61,254 nt of DNA, taken from the NCBI GenBank assembly GCA_029244925.1, contig JAQWQE010000010.1, positions 1-61,254 of the forward strand, written 5' to 3'. The DNA is from Gammaproteobacteria bacterium (lineage in GTDB: Bacteria; Pseudomonadota; Gammaproteobacteria; Steroidobacterales; UBA11654). Under the pieces are notes generated by a model. It searched no databases. It was given only the letters and a program-made list of their open reading frames with translations, and had not been told where the DNA came from. Of this stretch, positions 9,346-19,532 are shown in pieces (position 1 is the first letter of the stretch; each line of letters starts with the position of its first letter). A program made the translations under genes and the position numbers.

Positions 9346-9394
9346 TGTTCATACACTGAACATATCGTATATTAATGTCGTTCAAATATGAACA
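9346..9394. promoter_or_regulatory. Two inverted repeats, TGTTCA-N5-TGAACA and GTTCA-N4-TGAAC; candidate operator of the downstream MarR regulator
   Basis: 9346-9362 TGTTCAtacacTGAACA; 9380-9393 GTTCAaataTGAAC. Confidence 0.55.
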
Positions 9395-9419
9395 GACTAT
9401 TATATCTTAATAAGTAATT

Positions 9420-9452
9420 GGGTTTTCTTCTCTTAGAAAATCCTGCGGTAGC
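9420..9452 (+). promoter_or_regulatory. Hairpin followed by ops-like GCGGTAGC, candidate RfaH loading site
   Basis: GGGTTTTCT-tctctt-AGAAAATCC stem, then GCGGTAGC at 9445-9452 (ops consensus GGCGGTAG), 14 nt before the first ATG of the long operon. Confidence 0.65.
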
Positions 9453-9466
9453 CATATATAACTCCA

Positions 9467-9781
9467 ATGACTAAATCGGATATAGAATATAAGATTCTCA
9501 AGATCATCGAAAATGATCCTAGCTTGACACAACGACAAATAGCTAAGTTAGTTGGAGTCAGTTTAGGCAAAACAAACTACATTATGCGTTCACTGATTGA
9601 TAAAGGATGGTTAAAAATAAAAAATTTTAGACGATCTGATAATAAGCTTGGTTATTTGTATCATTTGACTCCCCAAGGTCTTATTAATAAATCAGTTCTT
9701 GCAGAAAGCTTTTTACGAAGGAAGTCAGAAGAGTATAATAGACTGAAAGAAGAGATTGAAATTCTTAAGAAGGAAATATGA
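9467..9781 (+). CDS. EPS-associated MarR-family transcriptional regulator
   Basis: P.LTQRQIA..VGVSLGKTNY, NF.RS.NKLGYLYHLTP.G, FL.RK..EY..LK.EI. Confidence 0.9.
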   Translation: MTKSDIEYKILKIIENDPSLTQRQIAKLVGVSLGKTNYIMRSLIDKGWLKIKNFRRSDNKLGYLYHLTPQGLINKSVLAESFLRRKSEEYNRLKEEIEILKKEI

Positions 9782-10701
9782 CGGATATAAAAGAAACTAA
9801 TGACCAAGATCAAGATCTTGATTTAAAAGAAATCATATTAGTCTTGTATGAGTGCAGAAGACTAATAGTAGCAGTGACCGGAACATTTATTATTGGCACT
9901 CTGATATACGCTATGAGTTTGCCTAATTTGTATCTTTCTGAGAGTTTAGTAGTTGCAATGAATGATAGTGGTGCCAGCAATAGGGCTTCTGCTAGTGTCG
10001 GCAGTCTAGTTAAGATGACTACAGGTATACAGCTCCAATCAGCGGGCAGTATGAGCACTGGAGAAGTTGCTGTAGCAACTGTAAAGTCGAGAGATTTTTT
10101 AAACCATCTAATATCGAACTTTGAATTTGTCTTACCAAATATAATCGCTTTTAAAAAGTTTGATGCAAAGACTCGATCTTCGGTTTTAGATTCAAACATG
10201 TATGATGATAAAACCAAGCAGTGGTTATCAGGAAAGCTCACGTACCTTGAGGTATATCCTCAATATCGAGGCATGGTAACAGCTGATTACGATATGAGCG
10301 CAGGAGTAATTTATTTAGCTGTTGAACATGAATCTCCTGTTTTTGCATATGATTTTCTTAATCTCATCATACAAGAGATAAATAGTCTTAGGCGGGAGAG
10401 AGATCTAGCAGAGTCTAAAAAAGCACTTGATTATTTATATAAAGAATCTGGCTCAGGTAATATCAAAGCAATTGAAGATACACTTAGTTCAATGATCACG
10501 TCTCAATTGAATACTCAAATGATGGCGACAATAAAACCAGACTATTTGATACGTCCTTTTGATAAGCCATTTATTCCAATACAGAAGTCTGGTCCATTTA
10601 GGTCAATAATAATGATCATTGGGACATTATTGGGGCTTATATTGTCATCAACTTTTGTAATAGCCCTTTATTTGTCTACAGGAAAAAAAGTAACTATATA
10701 A
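9778..10701 (+). CDS. wzz: Wzz-family chain-length determinant
   Basis: DLDLKE, two terminal TM helices, Pro-rich P.IP..KSGP.R before TM2, no kinase domain. Confidence 0.85.
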   Translation: MTDIKETNDQDQDLDLKEIILVLYECRRLIVAVTGTFIIGTLIYAMSLPNLYLSESLVVAMNDSGASNRASASVGSLVKMTTGIQLQSAGSMSTGEVAVATVKSRDFLNHLISNFEFVLPNIIAFKKFDAKTRSSVLDSNMYDDKTKQWLSGKLTYLEVYPQYRGMVTADYDMSAGVIYLAVEHESPVFAYDFLNLIIQEINSLRRERDLAESKKALDYLYKESGSGNIKAIEDTLSSMITSQLNTQMMATIKPDYLIRPFDKPFIPIQKSGPFRSIIMIIGTLLGLILSSTFVIALYLSTGKKVTI

Positions 10702-10779
10702 TTTTTTCTGACTACAAAAGAATAGAAAGTAAACTTCATCATTTTTTACATCAATTAACCATCTTATCAATATATAAAA

Positions 10780-12054
10780 ATGTCTTTGAAAGGTATTAAG
10801 CTTGGAATTGTAGGCCTAGGCTATGTTGGTTTACCATTAGCAGTAGAGTTTGGCTCTAAAAGGGAGGTTATTGGCTATGATACAAACAAGGAAAGAATAG
10901 AAGAGCTTGAAAAAGGTGAGGATAGAACGCTAGAGGTATCTTCAGCAATTCTTACAGATGCGAGTGGCTTGATTTTTACTAGTACATTAGAAGATTTATC
11001 CGAATGCAATTGCTTCATCATCACAGTTCCAACACCTATTGATGAAGAAAATAAGCCAGATTTTAACCCGCTGCTTTCTGCAACAAAAGCAATAGGCAGC
11101 ATTTTAAAAGTTAATGACCTTGTTATTTATGAGTCGACTGTATACCCGGGTGCTACAGAGGAAGTTTGCATACCGCTTCTTGAAGAAAATTCAAAACTGA
11201 AATTTAATAATGATTTTTTTGTAGGTTATAGTCCAGAGAGAATTAATCCTGGAGATAAGGATCATACCTTAAAAAACATAGTAAAAGTTACTTCAGGATC
11301 TACCCCAGAAACTGCTCAAATAGTGGATGATTTATATGGCAGTATCATAGATGCAGGAACTTATAGAGCCACTTCAATTAAAGTGGCAGAGGCAGCCAAG
11401 GTTATAGAAAATACTCAGCGAGATATCAATATTAGTTTAATAAATGAGTTGGCTCAAATTTTTCATAAGCTTGATATAGATACTGAAGAAGTGCTATTAG
11501 CAGCAGGAACAAAATGGAACTTTCTTCCATTTAGACCGGGATTAGTTGGAGGCCATTGCATAGGTGTCGACCCATATTATCTAACTTTCAAAGCAAAGGA
11601 AGTTGGTTATGATCCAGAGATTATTTTAGCAGGCAGAAAACTTAATGATTCAATGGCTGATTATGTTGGAGATCACTTAATTAGCGAAATGAGACAAAAC
11701 GAAATAGAGGTGGAAGGTTCTAATATCCTGATTATGGGGCTGACTTTTAAAGAGAATTGCCCTGATTTAAGGAATACAAAGGTAGCTGATCTAGTAACTA
11801 AGCTCAGAAATGAAAAGACTAATGTAGATTGTTATGATCCATGGGTTGATGTTTCTGAAGCAGAACAAGAGTATAGAATTAAATGTATATCTAATCCTGA
11901 GATTGATAAATATGATGCTATTGTCCTAACTGTAGCTCATACAGTTTTTAAAGAAATGGGAGTTTCTAAAATTAGAAGCTTTGGCAAGAAAAAAAGCCTT
12001 ATTTATGATCTAAAACACATATTCCCATCTGAATTTATAGATCTAAGGCTATAG
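10780..12054 (+). CDS. tviB: UDP-GlcNAc/GalNAc C6 dehydrogenase (TviB/WbpO)
   Basis: [58 protein letters not shown]. Confidence 0.92.
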   Translation: MSLKGIKLGIVGLGYVGLPLAVEFGSKREVIGYDTNKERIEELEKGEDRTLEVSSAILTDASGLIFTSTLEDLSECNCFIITVPTPIDEENKPDFNPLLSATKAIGSILKVNDLVIYESTVYPGATEEVCIPLLEENSKLKFNNDFFVGYSPERINPGDKDHTLKNIVKVTSGSTPETAQIVDDLYGSIIDAGTYRATSIKVAEAAKVIENTQRDINISLINELAQIFHKLDIDTEEVLLAAGTKWNFLPFRPGLVGGHCIGVDPYYLTFKAKEVGYDPEIILAGRKLNDSMADYVGDHLISEMRQNEIEVEGSNILIMGLTFKENCPDLRNTKVADLVTKLRNEKTNVDCYDPWVDVSEAEQEYRIKCISNPEIDKYDAIVLTVAHTVFKEMGVSKIRSFGKKKSLIYDLKHIFPSEFIDLRL

Positions 12055-12072
12055 ATCTTAGATTATAAACGT

Positions 12073-13092
12073 ATGGATAAATACACACAGCTACAAAAAA
12101 AATTAAAGAGCGAACAAGTTAAGTGGCTTGTTACTGGGGTGGCTGGTTTTATAGGAAGCAATCTTTTAGAAACGCTTCTCAAGCTTGAGCAAAATGTGAT
12201 TGGTTTAGACAATTTTTCTACTGGACATAAAAAGAATCTTGAACTAATCAGAGCTAATATTAACGAAGAAAATTGGAAAAGATTTGAATTTATAGAAGGC
12301 GATATATCTGACTTTAATACTTGTCTTCAAGTTACTAGAAATGTTGATTATGTTCTTCACCAAGCTGCTCTAGGTTCCGTTCCAAGATCTATTGAGGATC
12401 CACTTACAACAAATAAGTCAAATATAGACGGGTTCATAAATATGTTACTTGCAGCAAAAGAATCCGAAGTTAAAAGTTTTGTCTACGCAGCTAGTAGCTC
12501 AACATATGGAGATCATCCAGCTCTTCCCAAGAAAGAAGAGAATATTGGCACTCCTTTATCGCCTTATGCAGTAACTAAGTATGTTAATGAGCTATATGCA
12601 AATGTTTTCGATATTTCTTATGGATTCAAAACTATTGGACTGAGATATTTTAATGTTTTTGGGAAAAGACAAGATCCTAATGGAGCTTATGCAGCCGTTA
12701 TACCAAGATGGATATCTGCCATGATAAAACAAGATAAAGTCTTCATTAATGGTGACGGCGAAACAAGTAGAGATTTTTGTTTTATAGATAATGTCGTACA
12801 GGCTAACTTACTAGCTGCAAATGCTAGTAATTTTAAAAAACATGAAGTGTTTAATATCGCTGTGGGAGATAGAACCTCATTGAATCAACTATTCTCAGTA
12901 ATCAAAAATACTCTTTCAGACCATGGGATATTGTATTCTCATGATCCGATTTATAGAGACTTTCGTCCTGGGGATGTTAGGCACTCTCAAGCAGCTATAG
13001 ATAAGGCAGGAAAACTATTAGGTTACCAACCTGAATTTATCCTCTCAGAGGGCATTTCCAAAGCTATGCCTTGGTATCTTCAAAATCAATAA
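12073..13092 (+). CDS. tviC: UDP-GlcNAc(A) 4-epimerase (TviC/WbpP)
   Basis: [57 protein letters not shown]. Confidence 0.9.
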   Translation: MDKYTQLQKKLKSEQVKWLVTGVAGFIGSNLLETLLKLEQNVIGLDNFSTGHKKNLELIRANINEENWKRFEFIEGDISDFNTCLQVTRNVDYVLHQAALGSVPRSIEDPLTTNKSNIDGFINMLLAAKESEVKSFVYAASSSTYGDHPALPKKEENIGTPLSPYAVTKYVNELYANVFDISYGFKTIGLRYFNVFGKRQDPNGAYAAVIPRWISAMIKQDKVFINGDGETSRDFCFIDNVVQANLLAANASNFKKHEVFNIAVGDRTSLNQLFSVIKNTLSDHGILYSHDPIYRDFRPGDVRHSQAAIDKAGKLLGYQPEFILSEGISKAMPWYLQNQ

Positions 13093-13110
13093 AATCTAAA
13101 ATCAATTTAT

Positions 13111-14916
13111 ATGTTTTTAAATATTAGAGAGCTTTATTCACTCTTAACAAGAGACCAGCGTAATAAGCTATTTAGGCTGCAATTTTTAGTCATTATTATG
13201 TCTATAGCAGAAGTTTCTAGCGTACTATCAATAGGTCCTTTTATGACTTTAGTTGGGGATGTAAGTCAATTAGAAGGTAGCGGTTACTTGGCAGAGTGGT
13301 ATAAAAATTTGGGTTTTACAAATACTACTGATTTCCTATTCTTCGTTGCTTGTTGTGTATTAGTAGTCCTTATAATTGCTACTGTTGTCTCGATGTATAC
13401 TGTTTGGAGACTATCGATGTATGCCGCACAAATTGGTGCTGACTTGAGTTCTAGATTATATAGATATTATATGAGCCAACCTTGGTTATTTCATGCTGCA
13501 GGTAATAGCAATCAATTAACTAACAAGATAGCCCAGGAATGTGAAAGGGTAACATCAGGTATTATCACTCCATTAATGCAAATGAATGCAAAATTATTTA
13601 TGGCAATAATTATGTGTTTAGCCATATTCATTTATAGTCCTATTGTTGCGATTACTGGAGCTTCTACTTTTTATATTACTTACTTCTTTCTTTACAGAAC
13701 AGTTCGTGAGCGTCTGTCTAATAATGGAGAGGCAATAACAGAAGAGCAAGCCATAAGATTCAAATTAATGGGGGAAGGCTTTGGAGGAATAAAGGATTTA
13801 TTAATTTTAGGCCGCCAGGACTCTTTTAATAATAGATTTTTTGAGGCTAGCAAAGAATTTGCTTTTGCCAAAGGAAGAACCCAAGTTCTCGGACAAGTTC
13901 CAAGATATGCTGTTGAACTGATGGCATTTGGAGCAGTGATTTCTTTGGTAATGTACTTATTAATTAAGCTCGAGGGTAACCTTGGCGCTATCCTACCAGT
14001 TCTTTCTATTTTCGTTTTAGCAGGATTTAAATTACTTCCTGCTTTCCAGCAAATATATTTTAGCCTTTCTCAAATTAGAGGAAATTTATCAGGCTTGAAA
14101 AGCATTAGAAATGATCTTTTAGCTAGTATCAATCAAATCAGCTTAAACTCTAAAGATAGAATCATTCATGACGAACACTTTTTTTCAAAAGGCTCTATAG
14201 AGTTACAAGACATTACTTTCAAATATCCTGAAACAAAAAAGCCAGCAGTTTCTGGATTAAACATAGAAATTCCCCATAATAAGATAATAGGGTTAGTTGG
14301 CTCTTCAGGTTCAGGGAAATCTACTGCTGTTGATATTTTACTAGGATTAATAACACCAGATAAAGGGAAAGTTTTAATTGATGGCAAGAGTTTATCGCAA
14401 AAGAATTTACGCGCATGGCAGGATAGCTTAGGTTTTGTTTCACAAGTCATTTTTTTAGCTGATGCTAGCATAAGAGAAAATATTGCCTTTGGCATAAAGC
14501 CAGAAAATATTGATGACAAAAGAATTAAAGATGCTTTGAAGTTGTCACATCTAGATGAGTTTGTCTCTGAATTACCTAATGGCATCGAGACAAGGGTTGG
14601 AGAGAGAGGAGTACAGCTTTCTGGCGGACAGAGACAAAGAGTTGGTATTGCAAGAGCATTATATAATAATGCTGATGTTTTAATTTTTGACGAAGCAACC
14701 AGTGCTTTAGATAGCATTACTGAGAAACATATTATGGATGCAATTCATGATTTTTCAGGAAGAAAAACTATTATTATGATTGCTCACAGGATAACTACAG
14801 TTGAACAGTGTGACGTTATCTATTTAATTGAAGATGGTGAAGTTGCAGATCAAGGAAACTATATTGATCTATCATCTAGGAATGAAGTTTTTAGGAAAAT
14901 GGCAAAGAAATTATAA
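13111..14916 (+). CDS. ABC transporter permease/ATPase, PglK/MsbA-like lipid-linked glycan flippase
   Basis: N-terminal TM domain, Walker A GSSGSGKS, LSGGQRQR, DEATSALD, IAHR. Confidence 0.88.
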   Translation: MFLNIRELYSLLTRDQRNKLFRLQFLVIIMSIAEVSSVLSIGPFMTLVGDVSQLEGSGYLAEWYKNLGFTNTTDFLFFVACCVLVVLIIATVVSMYTVWRLSMYAAQIGADLSSRLYRYYMSQPWLFHAAGNSNQLTNKIAQECERVTSGIITPLMQMNAKLFMAIIMCLAIFIYSPIVAITGASTFYITYFFLYRTVRERLSNNGEAITEEQAIRFKLMGEGFGGIKDLLILGRQDSFNNRFFEASKEFAFAKGRTQVLGQVPRYAVELMAFGAVISLVMYLLIKLEGNLGAILPVLSIFVLAGFKLLPAFQQIYFSLSQIRGNLSGLKSIRNDLLASINQISLNSKDRIIHDEHFFSKGSIELQDITFKYPETKKPAVSGLNIEIPHNKIIGLVGSSGSGKSTAVDILLGLITPDKGKVLIDGKSLSQKNLRAWQDSLGFVSQVIFLADASIRENIAFGIKPENIDDKRIKDALKLSHLDEFVSELPNGIETRVGERGVQLSGGQRQRVGIARALYNNADVLIFDEATSALDSITEKHIMDAIHDFSGRKTIIMIAHRITTVEQCDVIYLIEDGEVADQGNYIDLSSRNEVFRKMAKKL

Positions 14917-14946
14917 ATATTTAAATGAATTTTATAAGGGTGAATT

Positions 14947-16317
14947 TTGAACACAGATAAATTTTTAGTTTCTCGAGATGCTACATTGAGAAGTGCTCTT
15001 TCACTTATTGAGAATAATAATCATGGAATAATTCTTACTTTCGATTCTTCAAATAAAGTGACTGGACTGGTAACAGATGGAGACATTAGACGTTATTTAT
15101 TAAAGGAAGATACATCTCTTGATGATCCAATAAGCCTTTGTTCCAATAAAGATTTCTTGTGGGAAGACCCTTCTACATCTAGAGAATCACTTTTAAAAAA
15201 GCTTGATCATAGGATTAGAGTTTTACCGTTACTAGATAAGAACGGTAAACTAGTTGATATTGTAAGTAGAGATTATTTGCCAATTCAAGAAGAACAAGCT
15301 GTTTTTGCGAGAGCTAAATCACCCGTTAGAATAAGTTTTGGAGGCGGTGGATCTGATCTAACGCACTATTTTTCTGCTGATATTGGTGCTGTTATAAATA
15401 CAACTGTTTCAATCTATAGCCATGCTACATTGAGGATTAGACAGGATGAAGAAATTGTTATTAATTCATTGGATTTAAAGAAAAGTCTTACAGCCAAGAA
15501 TCTAAAAGATGCTCTCAAGCCACAGGAAAAATTTGGTTTAATTCAAGCTTTGCTCAAAACAATAAGTCCAGATTTTGGTTTTGAGCTGGATGTAAATTCT
15601 GACTTTCCTATAGGATCTGGGCTTGGAGGTTCAGCAGTTGTAGCTGCTGCTATATTGGGATGCTTTAATCAGTTTAGACAAGACAGATGGGATCATCATG
15701 AGCTAGCTGAACTCGCATATCAAGCTGAAAGACTTTACCACGGTATTGAGGGCGGTTGGCAAGATCAATATGCGACAGTTTTTGGGGGCTTTAATTTTAT
15801 GGAATTCAAAATGGATCAGAATGTTGTTCATCCCTTAAGAATTCATGACGATATCTTACTAGAATTAGAAGAAAGTTTGATTCTTTGTAATACAGGTATT
15901 TCTCATAACTCTGGCTCAATACATAAGAATCAGAGGCGTGAGATGAAACAGAAAGACATTAAAAAGCATGTTCAGGCAAATGTAGCATTATGCTTTGAAA
16001 TGAGAAATCAATTGTTGAGAGGGGAGTTATTGCGTTTTGGCAAGTCGCTTAATCAAGCATGGAATAATAAAAAGAAACTTAGTAGTGAAATTTCGAATAA
16101 TGATTTGGATTTAATGTATAAAAATGCTCTAAAACATGGTGCTATTGGCGGAAAGCTGCTTGGAGCAGGTGGAGGTGGTTTTTATATATTTTATACCCCA
16201 CCATCGTCGAAACATGAACTTATAGAGTTTCTAAATAAATCTAAATTGGAGATCAGGCCATTCAGATTTGAGAAAGAAGGCCTTAGGTCATGGACAGTCA
16301 GGGAATCTAAGAACTAA
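14947..16317 (+). CDS. hddA: CBS-pair fused to HddA-like GHMP sugar-phosphate (heptose-7-P) kinase; TTG start
   Basis: N-terminal CBS (GLVTDGDIRR; LPLLDKNGKLVDIV), then SPVRISFGGGGSD, PIGSGLGGS, GGWQDQY, GGKLLGAGGGG. Confidence 0.85.
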   Translation: MNTDKFLVSRDATLRSALSLIENNNHGIILTFDSSNKVTGLVTDGDIRRYLLKEDTSLDDPISLCSNKDFLWEDPSTSRESLLKKLDHRIRVLPLLDKNGKLVDIVSRDYLPIQEEQAVFARAKSPVRISFGGGGSDLTHYFSADIGAVINTTVSIYSHATLRIRQDEEIVINSLDLKKSLTAKNLKDALKPQEKFGLIQALLKTISPDFGFELDVNSDFPIGSGLGGSAVVAAAILGCFNQFRQDRWDHHELAELAYQAERLYHGIEGGWQDQYATVFGGFNFMEFKMDQNVVHPLRIHDDILLELEESLILCNTGISHNSGSIHKNQRREMKQKDIKKHVQANVALCFEMRNQLLRGELLRFGKSLNQAWNNKKKLSSEISNNDLDLMYKNALKHGAIGGKLLGAGGGGFYIFYTPPSSKHELIEFLNKSKLEIRPFRFEKEGLRSWTVRESKN

Positions 16318-16322
16318 CTAAA

Positions 16323-18221
16323 ATGAAAGATACTATCAAAATTGGTGATCATATTATTGGCTCTGGGAGAGCTTTCGTTATTGCTGAGATCGGTAATAAT
16401 CACAATGGCTCATTTGAAAAGGCAATCCAAATGATTGATCAAGCAGCAGAAATGCAAGCAGATTGTGTGAAGTTTCAAATGAGACATTTAGATCAATTAT
16501 ATCGAAAAAAATCTATAAAAAAATCTGGAGAAGATTTAGGCACAGAATATGTACTGGATCTATTAAGAAAGTTCGAGCTAACAGTCGGTGAGCAAGAAAA
16601 ATTATCAGATTATTGCAAAGAAAAGGGAATATTATATTTATGTACCCCATGGGATATTAAAAGTGCCAAGGTTTTAGAGACATTTAATGTACCTGCCTAT
16701 AAGGTTGCCTCCGCAGATTTAACCAACATACCCCTATTGGATTTTTTAGTAAAAACTAAGAAGCCCTTAATCCTATCAACAGGAATGAGTACTGGCGAAG
16801 AAGTTATATATACAGCAGATATGCTTACTAAGAAAGGAGCTGAATTTGTTTTATTGCATTGCAATAGCACTTATCCAGCCCCTCTCCATGATATTAATTT
16901 AAATTGGATGCATGAATTAAGAAAAATACACCCCCTAGTTGGATATTCTGGCCATGAAAGAGGGACAAATGTTACATTGGCAGCATCTACACTCGGCGCA
17001 TGCGTTATTGAAAGGCATTTCACTTTAGATAGGAATATGGAAGGACCAGACCATGCAGCAAGCTTAACTTTTGATGAGTTTCAGCCAATGATATCTGGAA
17101 TTAGAGAAATAGAGGAGAGTAAGGGAAATGGTGGGATAAGAGAATTATCCCAAGGTGAAATGATTAATAGGGAAAACTTAGGGAAAAGCTTAGTTGCCTC
17201 AAGAAATCTCAAGAAGGGTGATATTTTAGATGAGAATGATATTAAAGTGCTCAGCCCTGGGCAGGGATTGTCACCACAAAAATATAATGATTTATTAGGC
17301 CGGACTTTAAATCATAATATGGATGAAGAAGATTTCTTCTACCCCTCTGATCTTTCTGATCATTTAATAGAGCCAAGGGACTATAAATTTGATAGACCTT
17401 GGGGTGTCCCAGTCCGATACCATGATTTTAATGAATACAATAGAAAAATTAAACCTGATGTTTGGGAGTTTCACTTATCTTACTCTGATATGGAGCTGAA
17501 TTTATCAGATTATTTCAAGGAAGATTTTAAAGCAGATTTTGTTGTTCATGCGCCAGAGTTATTTTCTGGAAGCCATTTAATGGATTTAGCGACCCCTGAT
17601 AAATCTTATAGAGAGATATCCCTGAGAGAAACACAGAAAGTTATAGATATTACAAGAAAGCTAAAGAAATATTTTCCTCAAACAAAAAGACCAATGATAG
17701 TTGCTAACATCGGTGGATTCACTATGGACGCAACCTTGCCAGAAGAAATCATACCTAGTTATTATCAGCAATTCTCAGATAGCCTAAAGGAATTAGATTT
17801 GGAGGGTGTTGAATTAATTCCACAGACAATGGCTCCTTTCCCTTGGCATTTTGGAGGCCAGAGATATCAAAATATATTTGTGAGAATAGAAGAAATAATA
17901 GAATGGGCTGATAAGCTTGAATTAAGAATGTGTTTTGATGTTTCTCATACACAGTTAACATGTAATCACTATAAATTGGATTTTTATGACTTTGCTGAGA
18001 AGATAGCTCCCTATACAGCGCATCTGCATTTGGGAGATGCCAAAGGTCTCAATGGTGAAGGACTCCAAGTAGGTGAGGGTGAAATTGATTTTGACCATCT
18101 TGGTTCAATATTAAAGGAAGGCTGTCCTAGTGCTTCATTTATTCCAGAAATATGGCAAGGTCATAAGAACGGAGGAGAGGGTTTTTGGATAGCAATGGAA
18201 AAATTGGAGGGGAAAATTTGA
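16323..18221 (+). CDS. neuB: NeuB-family PEP-dependent ulosonate synthase with SAF domain and C-terminal xylose-isomerase-like TIM barrel
   Basis: IAEIGNNHNG, KFQ, ILSTGM, LHCNSTYP, GYSGHE, IERHFTLD, GPDHAASL; C-terminal CFDVSH, HLHLGDA, GEGEIDF, FIPEIWQGH. Confidence 0.88.
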   Translation: MKDTIKIGDHIIGSGRAFVIAEIGNNHNGSFEKAIQMIDQAAEMQADCVKFQMRHLDQLYRKKSIKKSGEDLGTEYVLDLLRKFELTVGEQEKLSDYCKEKGILYLCTPWDIKSAKVLETFNVPAYKVASADLTNIPLLDFLVKTKKPLILSTGMSTGEEVIYTADMLTKKGAEFVLLHCNSTYPAPLHDINLNWMHELRKIHPLVGYSGHERGTNVTLAASTLGACVIERHFTLDRNMEGPDHAASLTFDEFQPMISGIREIEESKGNGGIRELSQGEMINRENLGKSLVASRNLKKGDILDENDIKVLSPGQGLSPQKYNDLLGRTLNHNMDEEDFFYPSDLSDHLIEPRDYKFDRPWGVPVRYHDFNEYNRKIKPDVWEFHLSYSDMELNLSDYFKEDFKADFVVHAPELFSGSHLMDLATPDKSYREISLRETQKVIDITRKLKKYFPQTKRPMIVANIGGFTMDATLPEEIIPSYYQQFSDSLKELDLEGVELIPQTMAPFPWHFGGQRYQNIFVRIEEIIEWADKLELRMCFDVSHTQLTCNHYKLDFYDFAEKIAPYTAHLHLGDAKGLNGEGLQVGEGEIDFDHLGSILKEGCPSASFIPEIWQGHKNGGEGFWIAMEKLEGKI

Positions 18222-18802
18222 TGTTTATAGAAAGAATTAAAAAAGATATTGAGGAATCTGCAGCAGTAAAAAACCTTATTCTCAATGATGCTCACACTAT
18301 AGGTTTGATTAATGAAATAGCTGAAGAATGTATCAATACTTTAAATAAAGGTGGCAAAGTTATTTTTTGTGGGAATGGAGGAAGTTTTGCGGATGCTCAG
18401 CATTTATCAGCAGAATTTACAGGAAAATACGCATTTGATCGAGGAGCACTGGCTTCTATTGCTCTAGGAACAAATAGTTCTTCTCTTTCAGCAATAGGAA
18501 ATGATTATGGTTATGAGAATGTTTTTTCTAGAGAAATTGAGGCAATTGCTAAATCAGAGGATATTTTGATTGGAATAACAACAAGCGGCAATAGTAAAAA
18601 TATTCTCAAGGCGGTTGAAGTGGCAAAGTCTATGAACATAGCGACCTATGTCTTTACGGGGAATTCAGGCGGAGAGATACAGTCAAAAGCCAAATGCCTA
18701 AACGTACCATCTGAAATAACAGCTAGAATTCAAGAATGTCATATTATGATCGGCCAAATTATTTGTGGAATAGTGGAAGCAGAACTTTTCAAAGAAAGCT
18801 AA
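18221..18802 (+). CDS. gmhA: Sedoheptulose-7-phosphate isomerase (SIS domain)
   Basis: CGNGGS.ADAQH.SAE, IGNDYG...VFSR, TTSGNS.N, TARIQECH; ATG at 18221 overlaps the upstream TGA and has a GGAGG RBS, so preferred over 18185. Confidence 0.9.
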   Translation: MFIERIKKDIEESAAVKNLILNDAHTIGLINEIAEECINTLNKGGKVIFCGNGGSFADAQHLSAEFTGKYAFDRGALASIALGTNSSSLSAIGNDYGYENVFSREIEAIAKSEDILIGITTSGNSKNILKAVEVAKSMNIATYVFTGNSGGEIQSKAKCLNVPSEITARIQECHIMIGQIICGIVEAELFKES

Positions 18803-18803
18803 T

Positions 18804-19532
18804 ATGAAAAATATTATTGCCGTTATTCCAGCTAGGTCGGGCTCAAAGGGTGTTCCCGATAAAAACATCAAAGAGATTCTGGGTAGGCCATTAATAGCTT
18901 ACTCTATTAAAGCGGCGCTGCAGTCAAAATTAATAGATAGGGTTATTGTTTCAACTAATTCTAGTATGTATGCCGATAAAGCTATTAGCTTTGGTGCGGA
19001 AGCTCCTTTTCTAAGACCTGAAGAAATATCTCAAGATGACTCAACAGATCTTGAGTTTTTCCAACACTTAATTTCTTGGATGAAAGAAAATGAAGATTAT
19101 ATTCCTGATTATTTTGTTCATTTAAGGCCAACAACACCATTAAGAGACCCAAAAATTATAGATGACGCAATATCTAGGTTTATTGATAGTAAATATTCAT
19201 CTTTAAGATCAGTTCATAAGATGAGTGAATCTGCATATAAGGCCTTTGAAATTGAGGATAAGGTTTTACATAGAATTTTCAACAAAGGGACGGACTTAGA
19301 TGAGAGTAATTATGCTAGGCAGTCCTATCCAAATACATACGATGCAAATGGATATGTTGATATTGTTCGGTCTAAGTTAATCCTTGAGAAGGATTTACTT
19401 CATGGCGACAATGTTCTTCCATATATCACAGAGTCTTCGAGCGAAATAGATGAAAAAGGCGATATTGAAAAAGTTCAATACATGTTAGAGAAAAATATTA
19501 ACAACATAAATGAGTTATTTAAAAATGTATGA
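18804..19532 (+). CDS. neuA: Acylneuraminate/ulosonate cytidylyltransferase (CMP-synthetase)
   Basis: IPARSGSKGVPDKNI, PFLRP, LRPTTPLR, EIDE. Confidence 0.88.
   Translation: MKNIIAVIPARSGSKGVPDKNIKEILGRPLIAYSIKAALQSKLIDRVIVSTNSSMYADKAISFGAEAPFLRPEEISQDDSTDLEFFQHLISWMKENEDYIPDYFVHLRPTTPLRDPKIIDDAISRFIDSKYSSLRSVHKMSESAYKAFEIEDKVLHRIFNKGTDLDESNYARQSYPNTYDANGYVDIVRSKLILEKDLLHGDNVLPYITESSSEIDEKGDIEKVQYMLEKNINNINELFKNV

Noticed and set aside
18185-18220. Longer TTG start for gmhA
   Set aside because: ATG 18221 has a GGAGG RBS and overlaps the neuB stop.
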